This document shows, piece by piece, positions 39,260-49,270 of a stretch of 64,000 nt of DNA. Below the pieces are notes generated by a model. The model was not told where the DNA came from, made no database searches, and saw only the letters and a list, made by a program, of their open reading frames with translations. The translations under genes were made by a program, and so were the position numbers. This stretch comes from an uncultured Acidobacteriota bacterium. GTDB lineage: Bacteria > Acidobacteriota > Terriglobia > UBA7540. Within the stretch, counting starts at the first letter, position 1, and every line of letters begins with the position of its first letter. The stretch is from contig CAWDSK010000008.1 in the NCBI GenBank assembly GCA_963804995.1, forward strand, positions 32,001 through 96,000. The letters are read 5' to 3'.

Positions 39260-39417
39260 AGAAGTTAGGAGTCAGGAGTCAGAAGTATGAAAACTTAGTG
39301 ATTGGGTCATTGAGCCATTGAAAAGCGGCAATCGTTGTGATGACCCGAGAGCCCAAGCGCTCATTCACGCGACAAAGCAGCACCCTTCTGACTCCTAACT
39401 TCTGGCTCCTGACTCCT
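39260..39417. repeat. Inverted pair of GGAGTCA/GAAGTTA heptamer arrays between mlaE and mlaF
   Basis: agaagttaggagtcaggagtcagaag ... cttctgactcctaacttctggctcctgactcct. Confidence 0.85.
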
Positions 39418-40196
39418 TAGAAGAACCCGATTCCGATTAGAAACTTGGTAATGAAAAAGTCCACCACCAGAATGAGCACGGAGGCTGTAACCATCGCCTG
39501 GGTTGTGGCACGGCCCACGCCTTCCGTGCCGCCGGTCGTATGCAATCCATAGTAGCAACCCACCAGGGAGACCAGAAAGCCAAAGAGGAAAGGTTTGACG
39601 AGTCCCTGGGTGACATCGTGATAACCCAACGCCTGGTAGGCCGTGGTCCAGTATTGGCCCGTGGTCAAACGAACCGTGTAAAAGCTGATGACGTAGCCCC
39701 CCAGCAAGCCGCAAAAATCGGCCAGAATCGTCAGCAGGGGCAGCGTAAGCACCGTGGCGACCACCCGGGGAACGACCAGCTTGCGCAACGGGTCGGTGCC
39801 CAGAGCGCGCATGGCGTCAATCTGCTCGCTCACCAGCATGGAGCCAATTTCCGCCGCGATGCCGGAACTGTTGCGCCCTGCCACCATCAGCGCCGTGAGC
39901 ACGGGGCCGAGCTCGAGAACGAGGGAAAGAGACAGCACTTTGCCCATCAGTCCGACTTCGCCGAACGTGCTTAGCTCACGGTAGGTCTGCAGGGCCAGTA
40001 CGCCACCCGTGAAAAAGCCAGTCAGCAGGACGATGGGCAACGAGCCAAAACCAATGACGTCCATCTGAATAAGCGTGTCGGTAATGTAGCGGGGTGGTGT
40101 GAAGGCGCCCCGGACAGAGTCCACGAACAGGAAAGTGAATTCCTGGACTGCCAGCACCCAGCGCTTCACAGCACCCACAATCAAGGTACTGATCAT
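39417..40196 (-). CDS. mlaE: ABC transporter permease, MlaE family
   Basis: IGFGSLPIV, ELGPVLTALMVAGR..SGIAAEIGSM..SEQIDAMRALG and GVGRATT. Confidence 0.93.
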   Translation of the reverse strand: MISTLIVGAVKRWVLAVQEFTFLFVDSVRGAFTPPRYITDTLIQMDVIGFGSLPIVLLTGFFTGGVLALQTYRELSTFGEVGLMGKVLSLSLVLELGPVLTALMVAGRNSSGIAAEIGSMLVSEQIDAMRALGTDPLRKLVVPRVVATVLTLPLLTILADFCGLLGGYVISFYTVRLTTGQYWTTAYQALGYHDVTQGLVKPFLFGFLVSLVGCYYGLHTTGGTEGVGRATTQAMVTASVLILVVDFFITKFLIGIGFF

Positions 40197-40326
40197 CGGG
40201 TTTGGTCAGTCACTGGTTCTGAGAAATGCGAGGATGACTGACTGGCCAATTTAGCCAGCGGCGCAAGCGAAGTCAAGGCCTGTGGTGCGAGTCGGCAGGG
40301 AAGCGGCCGAATGGGCGGGCGGCAAG

Positions 40327-40440
40327 TTTGGAGTGCGGGAGCTCGCTCCCGCTTTTTCTACCGCTGACTCGTCAGCAGTGGGTGTTACGCCGCGACAAGT
40401 CGTGGCGTTAGAAAGCGGCGACGAGTCGCCGCACTCCAAA
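40327..40440. repeat. TTTGGAGTGCGG-family palindromic element
   Basis: tttggagtgcgggagctcgctcccgcttt ... aaagcggcgacgagtcgccgcactccaaa. Confidence 0.85.
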
Positions 40441-40567
40441 GGTTCGTCTTCACTTATGAGAATTCGGGGCGAGGGGTGCGAGTGAATTCGGTTAAGTTGT
40501 CGCTTCCTTAAAGTGCAGCAGTGGGATTGTGCAGGGGGATCAAGAAGGAGAGATGAAAGCAGAGGCT

Positions 40568-40602
40568 AAAAATAAAATGAGGGGGAAGCTTTCTCCCCCC
40601 TC
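40568..40602 (-). terminator. Rho-independent terminator
   Basis: Minus strand reads GAGGGGGGAGAAAGCTTCCCCCTC followed by ATTTTATTTTT. Confidence 0.75.
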
Positions 40603-40675
40603 CAAGCGTCGGGTCTTGGGTCTAAACTCCGAGCCGTCACTGGCTACCCTCTAGGTTTGTCCTGCGTCGGCTCGT
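40568..40675 (-). ncRNA. Candidate sigma54-dependent small RNA
   Basis: Lies between a -24/-12 promoter and an intrinsic terminator; 5' stem CGAGCCG/CGGCTCG starts at the predicted +2; no ATG-initiated ORF. Confidence 0.55.
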
Positions 40676-40685
40676 ACTGGGATAG

Positions 40686-40702
40686 AGCACGCTGCATTCC
40701 AA
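40686..40702 (-). promoter_or_regulatory. Putative sigma54 (-24/-12) promoter
   Basis: Minus strand TTGGAATGCAGCGTGCT has GG-N10-GC with TGG and TGC context. Confidence 0.55.
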
Positions 40703-41079
40703 TCGGTGGCGAATTCTGTCTGGAACTCATTTGCCGCTAACTGGTTAAGGATCAATGACAAGCTGACAGAGGCTCAGATGCGGTGGCGTTTAGGGCTGGC
40801 AAACAAATCTGTATTTCTATATTTGGTAACCGGAATATACAGAATTCTGCACACGGGCGTATAGTCCTTCGACAAGAAGTCTACTAATTCCGTCCTTTTG
40901 GCGATCTGGCTTTAAGTCTGGCGGGGGACCCGAGCCCAGTCCCAGCACCAAGTCCCAAGTCGCGATTTGCCGTTGCCCCGTGCAATCCATCCACAATCGC
41001 CACTGAAAATCCAAACTAGTTGACCGGTGTGCCGCCGGGCATGCTATCCTAGGCGATTAAGGTGGCCCATCGGTAGATA

Positions 41080-41859
41080 ATGATCGACATTCACTGCCAT
41101 CCCTTGCCCGGAGTCGACGACGGCGCGCGAACCTTTGAGATCGCAGTCAACATGTTGCGTGTTGCGGCAGCGGACGGTGTAACGGATCTGGTGGCCACTC
41201 CGCACTGCAATTACAGTTACAAGTTTGATCCGAACGTCAATCGGCAACTGGTTGCCCAACTTCAGGCGGCGGTGGGTGAGAGCCCTCGCCTGCTGATGGG
41301 CTGTGACTTTCACCTCTCGTACGACAACATTCAGCAGTGCGCCGAGAATTCCAAGAACTTCACCATCAATCAAAGCTCCTATCTGCTTGTGGAGCTTCCG
41401 GACCAATTTATCCCTGACCAGATCAGCCGCGTTTATTATGACATCCAGGTGGCGGGGATCATCCCCATCATCACGCACCCGGAGCGTAACCTTCTGCTCC
41501 AGCGCCGGCCGGAGATGATTCAGCACTGGGTCGCGCATGGGTGCCTGGTACAGGTGACGGCGCAGTCGTACACGGGCGGGTTCGGCAGCCGGACGCGCAA
41601 ATTCTCCGAGCGGCTGCTCGACGCGGGCATGGTCCACTTCTTCGCGAGTGACGCGCACGACGTCAAGCGGCGCCCGCCGATTCTTTCGCGCTGCTATCGG
41701 AAAGTCGCCCAGGCCAAAGGCGAGGAAATCGCAGAACTGCTGCTGGTGAAGAACCCCGAGGCGGTCATTAATGGAGAGCCTTTGCCGCCGCAGCCGGATT
41801 GGGCGGAGCTACGCGGTGGTGGTAAGCGGGGGTGGTTCTCTTTCTTGCGGCGTCATTGA
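41080..41859 (+). CDS. CpsB/CapC PHP-family protein-tyrosine phosphatase
   Basis: MIDIHCHPLPGVDDG, ATPH, THPERN, ASDAH..RPP. Confidence 0.93.
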   Translation: MIDIHCHPLPGVDDGARTFEIAVNMLRVAAADGVTDLVATPHCNYSYKFDPNVNRQLVAQLQAAVGESPRLLMGCDFHLSYDNIQQCAENSKNFTINQSSYLLVELPDQFIPDQISRVYYDIQVAGIIPIITHPERNLLLQRRPEMIQHWVAHGCLVQVTAQSYTGGFGSRTRKFSERLLDAGMVHFFASDAHDVKRRPPILSRCYRKVAQAKGEEIAELLLVKNPEAVINGEPLPPQPDWAELRGGGKRGWFSFLRRH

Positions 41860-41994
41860 GACTGTCTGGGGACAGCCCCACCCGCCCTCATTTCATTTGC
41901 AGTTCGTAAACCTTCCCGGAGAATTCCACCCGCACCAAGTTTTCTTCCGGCTTCACCTCATGCCGCCTGAAACTTTCTCCTGAGCCACTTGAAA

Positions 41995-42354
41995 TCAGCC
42001 CGGTGTTTGGGCCGGCTCCCAATTGATCTCTCGCTCAAACTTCTCAGGTGAATTGAAAAAGGCGAAACGGTTTTCGAGTACCTGACCCGCCCGGCCATAG
42101 AGTTCAAGCAGATCATCGTTCAGAGCGGGACCAATCTCGCGGACGGCGGTGGAGAAGAATCGCGGAAGGGGGCCGGGCACGAACGCCGCGGCGTCAATTT
42201 CAAGCGCCATCCCGGCGAGGTGCGGCAACGTGCGGAAAGCTAAGCTTGTCAAAGCTTTCTTGACCGCGGCGTGCCAGCGTCCGAGGTGGCGCTCTATCCC
42301 TTCCACTTCAAGTAAAGAGCCGCGCGCATGGAGGCTGCCGCTGGGGCGAATCAT
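41995..42354 (-). CDS. Hypothetical protein
   Basis: ATGA overlap with the upstream thioredoxin-like gene; no family recognised. Confidence 0.5.
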   Translation of the reverse strand: MIRPSGSLHARGSLLEVEGIERHLGRWHAAVKKALTSLAFRTLPHLAGMALEIDAAAFVPGPLPRFFSTAVREIGPALNDDLLELYGRAGQVLENRFAFFNSPEKFEREINWEPAQTPG

Positions 42355-42899
42355 CTTAGGTGCTGGGACTTGCCGGGTGCTTCCGGGGGATCAGGATTTC
42401 GACCCCACCAACTTTCGGGTTCCCACTTTTTCAGAAACGCCGAGACCTTGCTGACGTTATAACTTTTGCCGTTTTCGAACGGCTTCATGCGCTGCGAATG
42501 GAACAGGGCGCCCTTTGAATCCAGAACAAAGAAATGAGGATAGTTGTCGACGCGGGGATAATGGGAGAGGAATTCAGCGTTCTCGTTCTCCTTGCTGACA
42601 TTAACCTTAACCCACACGTAATGGGTGTCGCGCAACTTTTCGAGATTGGGGTGACTCTGAAAGACGTGGTCCATAATCTGGCACCACATGTCCCAGTCGC
42701 CCCCGATTTGCAGCAAGATGCGCCTATTACTTTTGGCGGCCTCGGCCAAGGCATCCTGGAGATCCTTCTTGGGATCTCGCGCCGGATCGTAGACGTTTAC
42801 GGGCTTGAAACTGGAGGGCGGCGGTGTCTTGTGCTTTCGTTTGGGAAGTCCTGGAACCATCACGAGCAGGCATACGCCAATCGCCATACTCGATTTCAT
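42351..42899 (-). CDS. Thioredoxin-family protein (DsbD-gamma/Thioredoxin_7-like) with WDxWC instead of WCxWC
   Basis: YDPARDP..DL..AL..A..SNRRILLQIGGDWDMWC, YPHFFVLD..G. Confidence 0.8.
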   Translation of the reverse strand: MKSSMAIGVCLLVMVPGLPKRKHKTPPPSSFKPVNVYDPARDPKKDLQDALAEAAKSNRRILLQIGGDWDMWCQIMDHVFQSHPNLEKLRDTHYVWVKVNVSKENENAEFLSHYPRVDNYPHFFVLDSKGALFHSQRMKPFENGKSYNVSKVSAFLKKWEPESWWGRNPDPPEAPGKSQHLR

Positions 42900-43182
42900 T
42901 TTTGCCCTCAGGTCTGACACTGGAAAGCCTCCTATCACACAGGGTTTGCATCCGTGAGTCCGAATCGTACCGCGCCCGCGCCGCGCGAAGCAAGAATTTT
43001 GCGCAGGTCGACGCGGTCACGGCCCCATCACGGCTTAAGTTCGTGAACAAGGCTAGCGGCAATCGGGCCAGCGGCAGTTCAATTCTGTCTCCGGGAACCG
43101 TTAAAACCACATAACGCATCTTAATCATTGGATGGTTGCGCTGGAGTTTCGATTTGCCGATGTGACCTGAAGGGTCCAGATA

Positions 43183-43474
43183 CCGGATTACCGAGGTGTG
43201 GCGCCGGGGCAGTGTCATCGCTTCCTGGCTGCTGGACCTAACGGCTGCGGTACTTTTCAAAGAGCCTGACCTCAGGGAATTTTCCGGGCGTGTCTCGGAT
43301 TCGGGCGAGGGTCGCTGGACCATCCAGGCGGCGATTGAGGAAGGCGCGCCGGTGCCCGTCCTGAGTAGTGCGCTTTACCAGAGATTCAGCTCGCGCGGAG
43401 AGGCTGCTTTCGCAGACAAGCTGCTTTCCGCCATGCGATATGAATTCGGCGGCCACCTCGAGAAAAAGGCGTGA
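43183..43474 (+). pseudogene. gnd: C-terminal fragment of 6-phosphogluconate dehydrogenase (short YqeC type)
   Basis: [16 protein letters not shown]...[14 protein letters not shown]...[10 protein letters not shown]...[11 protein letters not shown]; no N-terminal domain upstream. Confidence 0.85.
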
Positions 43475-43623
43475 GGAAGAGGGCGGGGGACCGATCGGCA
43501 AGCGTAGCGTGTGGCCACGATCCGTGCCGACCGGAATCCGCCGCACCACCATCCTGGGTGTCCGGGGATGTCCCTGTTGATGCCAGAGGTCGCCGTAATT
43601 CAAATACCTACGAAAAATTCCCC

Positions 43624-43662
43624 TTGACAAGACCGGCCAACTGTCCTACTGTCCTATGACAG
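43624..43662 (+). promoter_or_regulatory. sigma70 promoter overlapped by a probable GntR/YtrA operator
   Basis: TTGACA-17 nt-TACTGT; imperfect palindrome CTGTCCTA..TATGACAG. Confidence 0.65.
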
Positions 43663-43672
43663 AAGGCCGACT

Positions 43673-44086
43673 ATGTTATTCCTGATCAGCTTTAAGTCCG
43701 GTACACCGATCTACCTCCAGATTGTGCAGCAGGTCAAGGCCGCCGCTTCCTCCGGGGCGCTCCGGCCAGGCGAGGCGCTGCCCTCTATTCGTCCTCTGGC
43801 GGAGGAGCTGCGCATCAACCGCAACACGGTCGCCAAGGCTTACGCGGAGCTCGAAAGCCAGGGGGTCATCGAAACGCTGCCGGGGAGGGGTTGTTACCTG
43901 AAAGAGAATCAATCGGGCCTGCGCAAGGAGGTCCGGCGCAAATTGCTGATCGAGGAGATCGACCGGGCCATCGTGCAAGCGCACCACTTGCAAGTGCCCC
44001 GTGAGGAATTCCTGGAATTAATCGACGCACGGTTGGATGTGCTCGATGACAAACGGCGCGCCCATGAAGTCCCTAAGGAGGATTGA
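43673..44086 (+). CDS. GntR family regulator, YtrA subfamily
   Basis: PIYLQIVQQ..G.L.PG..LPSIR.LA..L.INRNTVAKAY..LE..G; short C-domain; precedes ABC genes. Confidence 0.93.
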   Translation: MLFLISFKSGTPIYLQIVQQVKAAASSGALRPGEALPSIRPLAEELRINRNTVAKAYAELESQGVIETLPGRGCYLKENQSGLRKEVRRKLLIEEIDRAIVQAHHLQVPREEFLELIDARLDVLDDKRRAHEVPKED

Positions 44087-44092
44087 CCGGCC

Positions 44093-44989
44093 ATGAATTC
44101 TCACTCTCCCGCCATCCAAATCGAAAATCTCAGTTACGCCTATGGGCGTGCCGAGGCGGTGCATGACCTGAGCCTGACGGTCGAGCCCGGCCGCTGTTAC
44201 GGACTGTTCGGCCGCAACGGCGCGGGCAAGACAACCACCATGAAGTGTCTGCTCAATCTGCTTCGTCCGCAGCGCGGGAAGGTGCGCGTCTTCGGTCTCG
44301 ATCCGGCGAAGCGCGAAGTGGAGGTGAAGCGCCTGCTCTCCTACGTGCCGGACCAGGTGGCCTTCTATCCCTGGATGAGTGTGCGCGAGACGCTGGATTA
44401 CCTCGCGTCATTTCGTGCGAATTGGAACCAGGAGATTGAGCAGGAGTTGCTCGAGCGTTTCCAGCTTGATCCCGCGCAGCGCACCGGAAATCTCTCCAAG
44501 GGCCAGCGCACCCAGGTGGCTTTGATCGCCGCAGTTTGTCCGGAAACGGACCTGCTGGTGCTCGATGAACCAACGTCGGGACTGGACCCCATCGTGCGCC
44601 GCGAGTTCATCGAGACGGTGATCGGCGCCTACCAGCAAGGCATTCCGGGCCATCGCACGATTCTGGTTTCCACCCACCTCATCGCCGAATTCGAAGGGTT
44701 GATTGACGAGTTCACGCTCATTGATCACGGCCGCGCCGTGCTGACGCTCGACGCCGATCAGGCCCGCGAGCGTTTTCAGAAAATCCGCGCGCGCTTTGCC
44801 GAAGCGCCGCCGGAGATCGACCTCCAGGCGGCGCTGCACGTACGCCGGGACGGGCGCGAATTGGAGTTAATCGTCAATGGTGCGGGTGCGGAATTGATGG
44901 AGCGTCTGCGCCAGCACAACCCCGAGGCGCTCTCGACGGAGTCGCTGACCCTCGAAGAAATTTTCGTCGCGACCTTGAAAGGTGGGTAG
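44093..44989 (+). CDS. ABC transporter ATP-binding protein (YtrB-like)
   Basis: GRNGAGKTT, LSKGQ, LDEPTSGLDP and STH. Confidence 0.93.
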   Translation: MNSHSPAIQIENLSYAYGRAEAVHDLSLTVEPGRCYGLFGRNGAGKTTTMKCLLNLLRPQRGKVRVFGLDPAKREVEVKRLLSYVPDQVAFYPWMSVRETLDYLASFRANWNQEIEQELLERFQLDPAQRTGNLSKGQRTQVALIAAVCPETDLLVLDEPTSGLDPIVRREFIETVIGAYQQGIPGHRTILVSTHLIAEFEGLIDEFTLIDHGRAVLTLDADQARERFQKIRARFAEAPPEIDLQAALHVRRDGRELELIVNGAGAELMERLRQHNPEALSTESLTLEEIFVATLKGG

Positions 44990-45071
44990 CGCGGACCTGT
45001 TCTTTAGGTCCGCGGCTTTACCCTGGGTGCCAAAGACGAGCCGTGGACCTACAGAACAGGTCCGCGCTACA
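44986..45071. repeat. REPIN-like inverted REP pair overlapping the ABC stop codon
   Basis: gtagcgcggacctgttct..ggtccgcgg ... agaacaggtccgcgctac. Confidence 0.85.
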
Positions 45072-45109
45072 CCGGCATCATGGCAACGTTGAAGTCGTAG
45101 GAGACGAGA

Positions 45110-47038
45110 ATGAACGCCAAACGAATCCTCAAGGAAGCACGCCCCCTGTTCTGGCCGTGGTGCGCCGTGACCATGGCGGGCGCGGTGCCGCTGGTTCACC
45201 CACTGCATTCAATTGCCGGAATTAGTCAGTTTGGTTTCTTGCTCGGCATTCCGCTATTGGCGACTCTCTCGCTGGGTAACGAATTCGAACACCGGACGCT
45301 TTCCCTCCTGCTTTCACAACCCATCGGCCGGATGGAAATCTGGGGGGAGAAATTGATGGTTACGGTCGCTGCCGTCTTGTCGGCGGTTATCGTTTTCTGC
45401 TTTGCCTGGCGGGTGACCGCATTTCAGCCGGACTTAAGGGGCGCGGCATTTCCTGTAGTGTGGATCATCGCCACCACCGCTTCTGCGACGTTTTGGACGC
45501 TTTTCACAAGATCAATGCTGGGCGGTGTCGTCCTGAACTTCGGGGTCCACTCCTTCATCATTATTGCCTTGGCGAACCTGCCGGATCGGATTCGCGGAAC
45601 TGGATCTCTCTCGCTGCCAAACAAAATAGTTATTTCGATCGCCGCCTTCGTCCTCCTCTGCTACGCAGGTGCAATGCTCTGGCTTGGCCGGCGGATGCTG
45701 GCACGGTTTCAGGTAACGGGAGGCATGGCCGGTGATGATCTGCTGATGGCCGGTCCGGACGTGATGCCGGGAGCATTGGCCGGTTGGTTGCGCTGCCGTC
45801 CCACGGGAACAGTTCTCAACCTGATTCGCAAAGAACTCCGGTTGCTGCGGCCGGTGTGGCTGATCAGCTTGCTGGCTGCCGCGGGTTGGGCATGTCTAGC
45901 CCTGTTCGGCTTGCTGTACGAGCGAGCATTTTCCCGGAATTTTGAAACCGCGTTGGTCATTTGGGGTGTGGTCAGTACGATGATGATAGCGATTCCCGCC
46001 GGAAGCATGTCGCTGGGGGAAGAAAGGACCTCCGGTACGCACTCCTGGCACCTGACCTTGCCGGTATCGGCCCGCCGACAATGGCTTATCAAGCTGTTCA
46101 TGGCGCTGTCCGCAGGTTTCCTTGGCGCGGGACTGGTCCCGTTTTTGATCGCCGGCAGGCTATGGGGATCGTCCAGGGTATTTGCGGATGTGCATCCCGA
46201 AATGGTTTTGCTGGTGGGGGCGGCACTCCTGAGCTTCGCCGCATTCTGGTGCGCGTGCGCGGTCAAGGGGACGGTGCGTGCTGTGCTCTGGGTTCTTCCG
46301 GTGATGATTGCCCTCTATTTCGCCGGTGAGCTTGGCAGGTGGGTGGGGCCCGCAATCACGGACCTCTTTTTTTCGAAGTTCGATCCCTTCACAAATTTGA
46401 AATTCGCCAACGCTGTTAAGTCGATATTCGTTCCCGAGCTATTTTACACTTTCGCCTACGCCCATTGGGACTCCCGGAATGGCTATAGACTCGCAATGCT
46501 CACGCTTTTGTGGCTCCCGACACTGCTCTTGGCGGCAGGTCAAAGTTACCGGCTTTTTCGGGCCCAGCTCCAGGATAGCGCTCTTTCATTGGTCCGAAAT
46601 CTGCTGCGTTTGGCCATGGTGGCATTCCTGTGCAGTTTTTCTTTGCTGTTCTTCTTCTTCTTTGTGGGCCGAGCCTGGGATCAAAAATCGATAGCGCTCT
46701 TTGAAACCATCCGAGCCATCGAGAAAGTTCAATCCGGCGCCGCGAAACTGGATGCGACGCATCCGCTGCAACTCACGGTGGAAGATCTGGCCAAGGCTTC
46801 CCCGATTTCAAAAAGTACGCGGCGCATCCTGGGCAATTCTCACATCACGCTTGCTCTCGAAGAGCCTGCACATCACGGTCGACTCGGCTGCGGCGGAATC
46901 TCCCAGGCCATCGATAGCCATTATGAACTGGGTTATTCGTGGTGCTTGGCCACCATCCCTCTTGCGGACGGTTCCCAACTTACTGTGGCATTCGAGCCTG
47001 GGAACCACTACCTCATTTGCGCCGGAATCAGTAAGTAA
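45110..47038 (+). CDS. ABC-2 type permease with internally duplicated domain
   Basis: Two KExR...GxE...T...L..P..R..W..KL modules; many TM helices. Confidence 0.8.
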   Translation: MNAKRILKEARPLFWPWCAVTMAGAVPLVHPLHSIAGISQFGFLLGIPLLATLSLGNEFEHRTLSLLLSQPIGRMEIWGEKLMVTVAAVLSAVIVFCFAWRVTAFQPDLRGAAFPVVWIIATTASATFWTLFTRSMLGGVVLNFGVHSFIIIALANLPDRIRGTGSLSLPNKIVISIAAFVLLCYAGAMLWLGRRMLARFQVTGGMAGDDLLMAGPDVMPGALAGWLRCRPTGTVLNLIRKELRLLRPVWLISLLAAAGWACLALFGLLYERAFSRNFETALVIWGVVSTMMIAIPAGSMSLGEERTSGTHSWHLTLPVSARRQWLIKLFMALSAGFLGAGLVPFLIAGRLWGSSRVFADVHPEMVLLVGAALLSFAAFWCACAVKGTVRAVLWVLPVMIALYFAGELGRWVGPAITDLFFSKFDPFTNLKFANAVKSIFVPELFYTFAYAHWDSRNGYRLAMLTLLWLPTLLLAAGQSYRLFRAQLQDSALSLVRNLLRLAMVAFLCSFSLLFFFFFVGRAWDQKSIALFETIRAIEKVQSGAAKLDATHPLQLTVEDLAKASPISKSTRRILGNSHITLALEEPAHHGRLGCGGISQAIDSHYELGYSWCLATIPLADGSQLTVAFEPGNHYLICAGISK

Positions 47039-47475
47039 GAATCCCCCGGGCGGTCCAGGAAATCGCGCCCGCCTCTTCATCGAAACGCCGCCCCGCCTGC
47101 GCTCCCATGTTCAGGTCTACTGACAAGGCGCCATAGGATGGTCGGGCAGAATTCGCCTACCTGACTACCTAACCAATCAATCCAGCCATTGCCCGAGAGG
47201 GCATTAGGTTGTATATTGCGGGTTGCCTGATAAATCTCGATCAGAAGCACTGGTCAGCGGGACGATGGGCGCTTGGGGCTTCAGTATTTCTTCTGAGGTC
47301 ACGCCTTAGCGTTGACCCTTTGAATTCCAAGTTCGTGGGGGCATGTTCCGGTCATCGGTAAACGAAGAACGAATTATGAAAAGGTAGGACGGTCGTGGCG
47401 CGTCCGGCGCCATTCCGAGCGGCATGACCTCCCCTGCGACATGCAGAGTCCATCCAGGGCGGAGGGCCCGATCGA

Positions 47476-48528
47476 ATGAACCAGACCCAATTACCCAACT
47501 CACGGCGGCCCAAAGTGAAAGCCCCGCCGTCTGAGCTCGAGCGGAAAGTAACCCTGCTCATCGCCAACCTTGTCATCGTGGAGATCATCGGAGTCATCGA
47601 CTACCTGTTGGGATACGAGCTTAGCATCGCGGTCATTTATGTGATTCCGGTGGCGGTGGTTTGCTGGGGGATCAGCAAGAATGTGGGGATTTTGGTTTCT
47701 GTCATCAGCGCTGCCACGATGTATCTCGCCGACGAACTGGCGCGTCCGGCTTATATCCCTCCCCTCTATCCGGTGTGGAAGGGGAGTGCCAGCCTCTGTT
47801 TTCTCCTCCTGGTCGCGTGGCTGGTGGCGGGTCATAAAGAAGAGGTGGAGAGGCGCGAGGGCCTGATGGGCCAACTTCGGGAAGCCGCGATTGTGGAGGA
47901 GCGCAACCGCATGGCTAGCGAAATTCACGATACGCTGGCGCAAGGCTTCACGGGCGTCTCCGTGCAGTTGGAAGCCGCCGAAGATGTTCTAAACGTGAGC
48001 CCGGAAGAAGCCCGGGGACATATTGCACGGGCGCGCAAGCTGGCCCGGGAGAGCCTTGCCGAAGCCCGGCGCTCAGTCTGGGCTTTGCGGGCTCCGGAGT
48101 TGGACGCGGAGGGCTTGGTCGCTGCCGTCGGGCAGTTCATCGGACGAATCTCCGCGGGCACTTCCATCACCGTGGAACCTTCAGTGCGGGGAACTCCACA
48201 GCCCCTACCTTCCCAAGTCGAGATGGACCTTCTGCGTATTTGCCAGGAGGCGATGGTCAACGCCCTCCGGCACGCGGACCCCAGCAAGATTCAGATCCAG
48301 TTGATTTATGAACCTTCGAAGGTAGAGCTGCGCGTACTCGATAACGGTCAGGGTTTTGACCCCCGCGCGCCCAAGAACACTCATGGCTTTGGACTAACCA
48401 ATATGCGGGAACGGGCGCAACGCCTGGGCGGACAATTTACAGTCGAGAGTGAACCGGGGCGGGGAACTCGCATTATCGTCGCGGTGGGCGCCCCGGCACA
48501 GGGTTGGGAGGCTTACGCTCGTGGATAA
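47476..48528 (+). CDS. Sensor histidine kinase, HisKA_3 (NarX/DesK type)
   Basis: EERNRMASEIHDTLAQG, QEAMVNALRHA, DNGQGF and GFGLTNMRER. Confidence 0.93.
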   Translation: MNQTQLPNSRRPKVKAPPSELERKVTLLIANLVIVEIIGVIDYLLGYELSIAVIYVIPVAVVCWGISKNVGILVSVISAATMYLADELARPAYIPPLYPVWKGSASLCFLLLVAWLVAGHKEEVERREGLMGQLREAAIVEERNRMASEIHDTLAQGFTGVSVQLEAAEDVLNVSPEEARGHIARARKLARESLAEARRSVWALRAPELDAEGLVAAVGQFIGRISAGTSITVEPSVRGTPQPLPSQVEMDLLRICQEAMVNALRHADPSKIQIQLIYEPSKVELRVLDNGQGFDPRAPKNTHGFGLTNMRERAQRLGGQFTVESEPGRGTRIIVAVGAPAQGWEAYARG

Positions 48529-49153
48529 ACCGGAGGTGATCCGCATCCTGGTGGCCGACGACCATCTGGTCGTGCGGGAAGGATTGTGCGCGCTCATTAA
48601 TCGGCGCGCCAATATGAAGGTGGTCGCCGATGTGGGCAACGGGCAGGAGGCGGTCGAACAGTTTTTTATCCACCGGCCGGATGTCACCCTGGTGGACTTG
48701 CGCATGCCGCGCATGGATGGCGTAGAGGTCATCCGGACCATTCGGGAGCGCGCCCCCGACGCCCGGGTGATTGTGCTGACAACTTTTGATGAGGACGAGG
48801 ACATCTACCGGGCCCTACGAGCCGGCGCCCGCGGCTATCTGCTTAAAGATGTTTCCCGTGACGAGTTGTTGGAATGCATTCGCACCGTGCATGGGGGGGA
48901 ATCCTACATTGCCCCGGCCCTGGCCATGAAGGCGGCCGCCCGATTGAGCAGTCCGGATCTAAGTCCGCGGGAAGCCGAAGTGCTGCGCCTGATGGCGGAT
49001 GGCAAGAGCAACAAGGAAATTGGAGATGAATTACAGATCACGGAAGGGACTGTCAAAGTTCACGTGAATCATATTCTGGACAAGTTGGGAGTCAACGGGC
49101 GTACCGCGGCCATTGTCGCGGCATTAGAACGTGGCCTCCTGCATCTCCGGTAA
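48521..49153 (+). CDS. Response regulator, NarL/LuxR family
   Basis: ILVADDHLVVREG, DLRMP, GARGYLLK and LSPREAEVL...SNKEI...EGTVKVHV. Confidence 0.95.
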   Translation: MDKPEVIRILVADDHLVVREGLCALINRRANMKVVADVGNGQEAVEQFFIHRPDVTLVDLRMPRMDGVEVIRTIRERAPDARVIVLTTFDEDEDIYRALRAGARGYLLKDVSRDELLECIRTVHGGESYIAPALAMKAAARLSSPDLSPREAEVLRLMADGKSNKEIGDELQITEGTVKVHVNHILDKLGVNGRTAAIVAALERGLLHLR

Positions 49154-49229
49154 ACGGGGAAGCTCCCCAGGTTTCCAGCCTAATCGGTTCGGAAGCAGAC
49201 GTGGTGATAGGCAAGGGGGGGGCTCCGCC

Positions 49230-49270
49230 CTATATCGAAGGTTATAGTGCCTCTATATCTTAGGGGATAG
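49230..49270. promoter_or_regulatory. Two tandem 18-bp imperfect palindromes, likely NarL-type regulator boxes
   Basis: CTATATCGAAGGTTATAG (49230) and CTATATCTTAGGGGATAG (49253). Confidence 0.6.
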
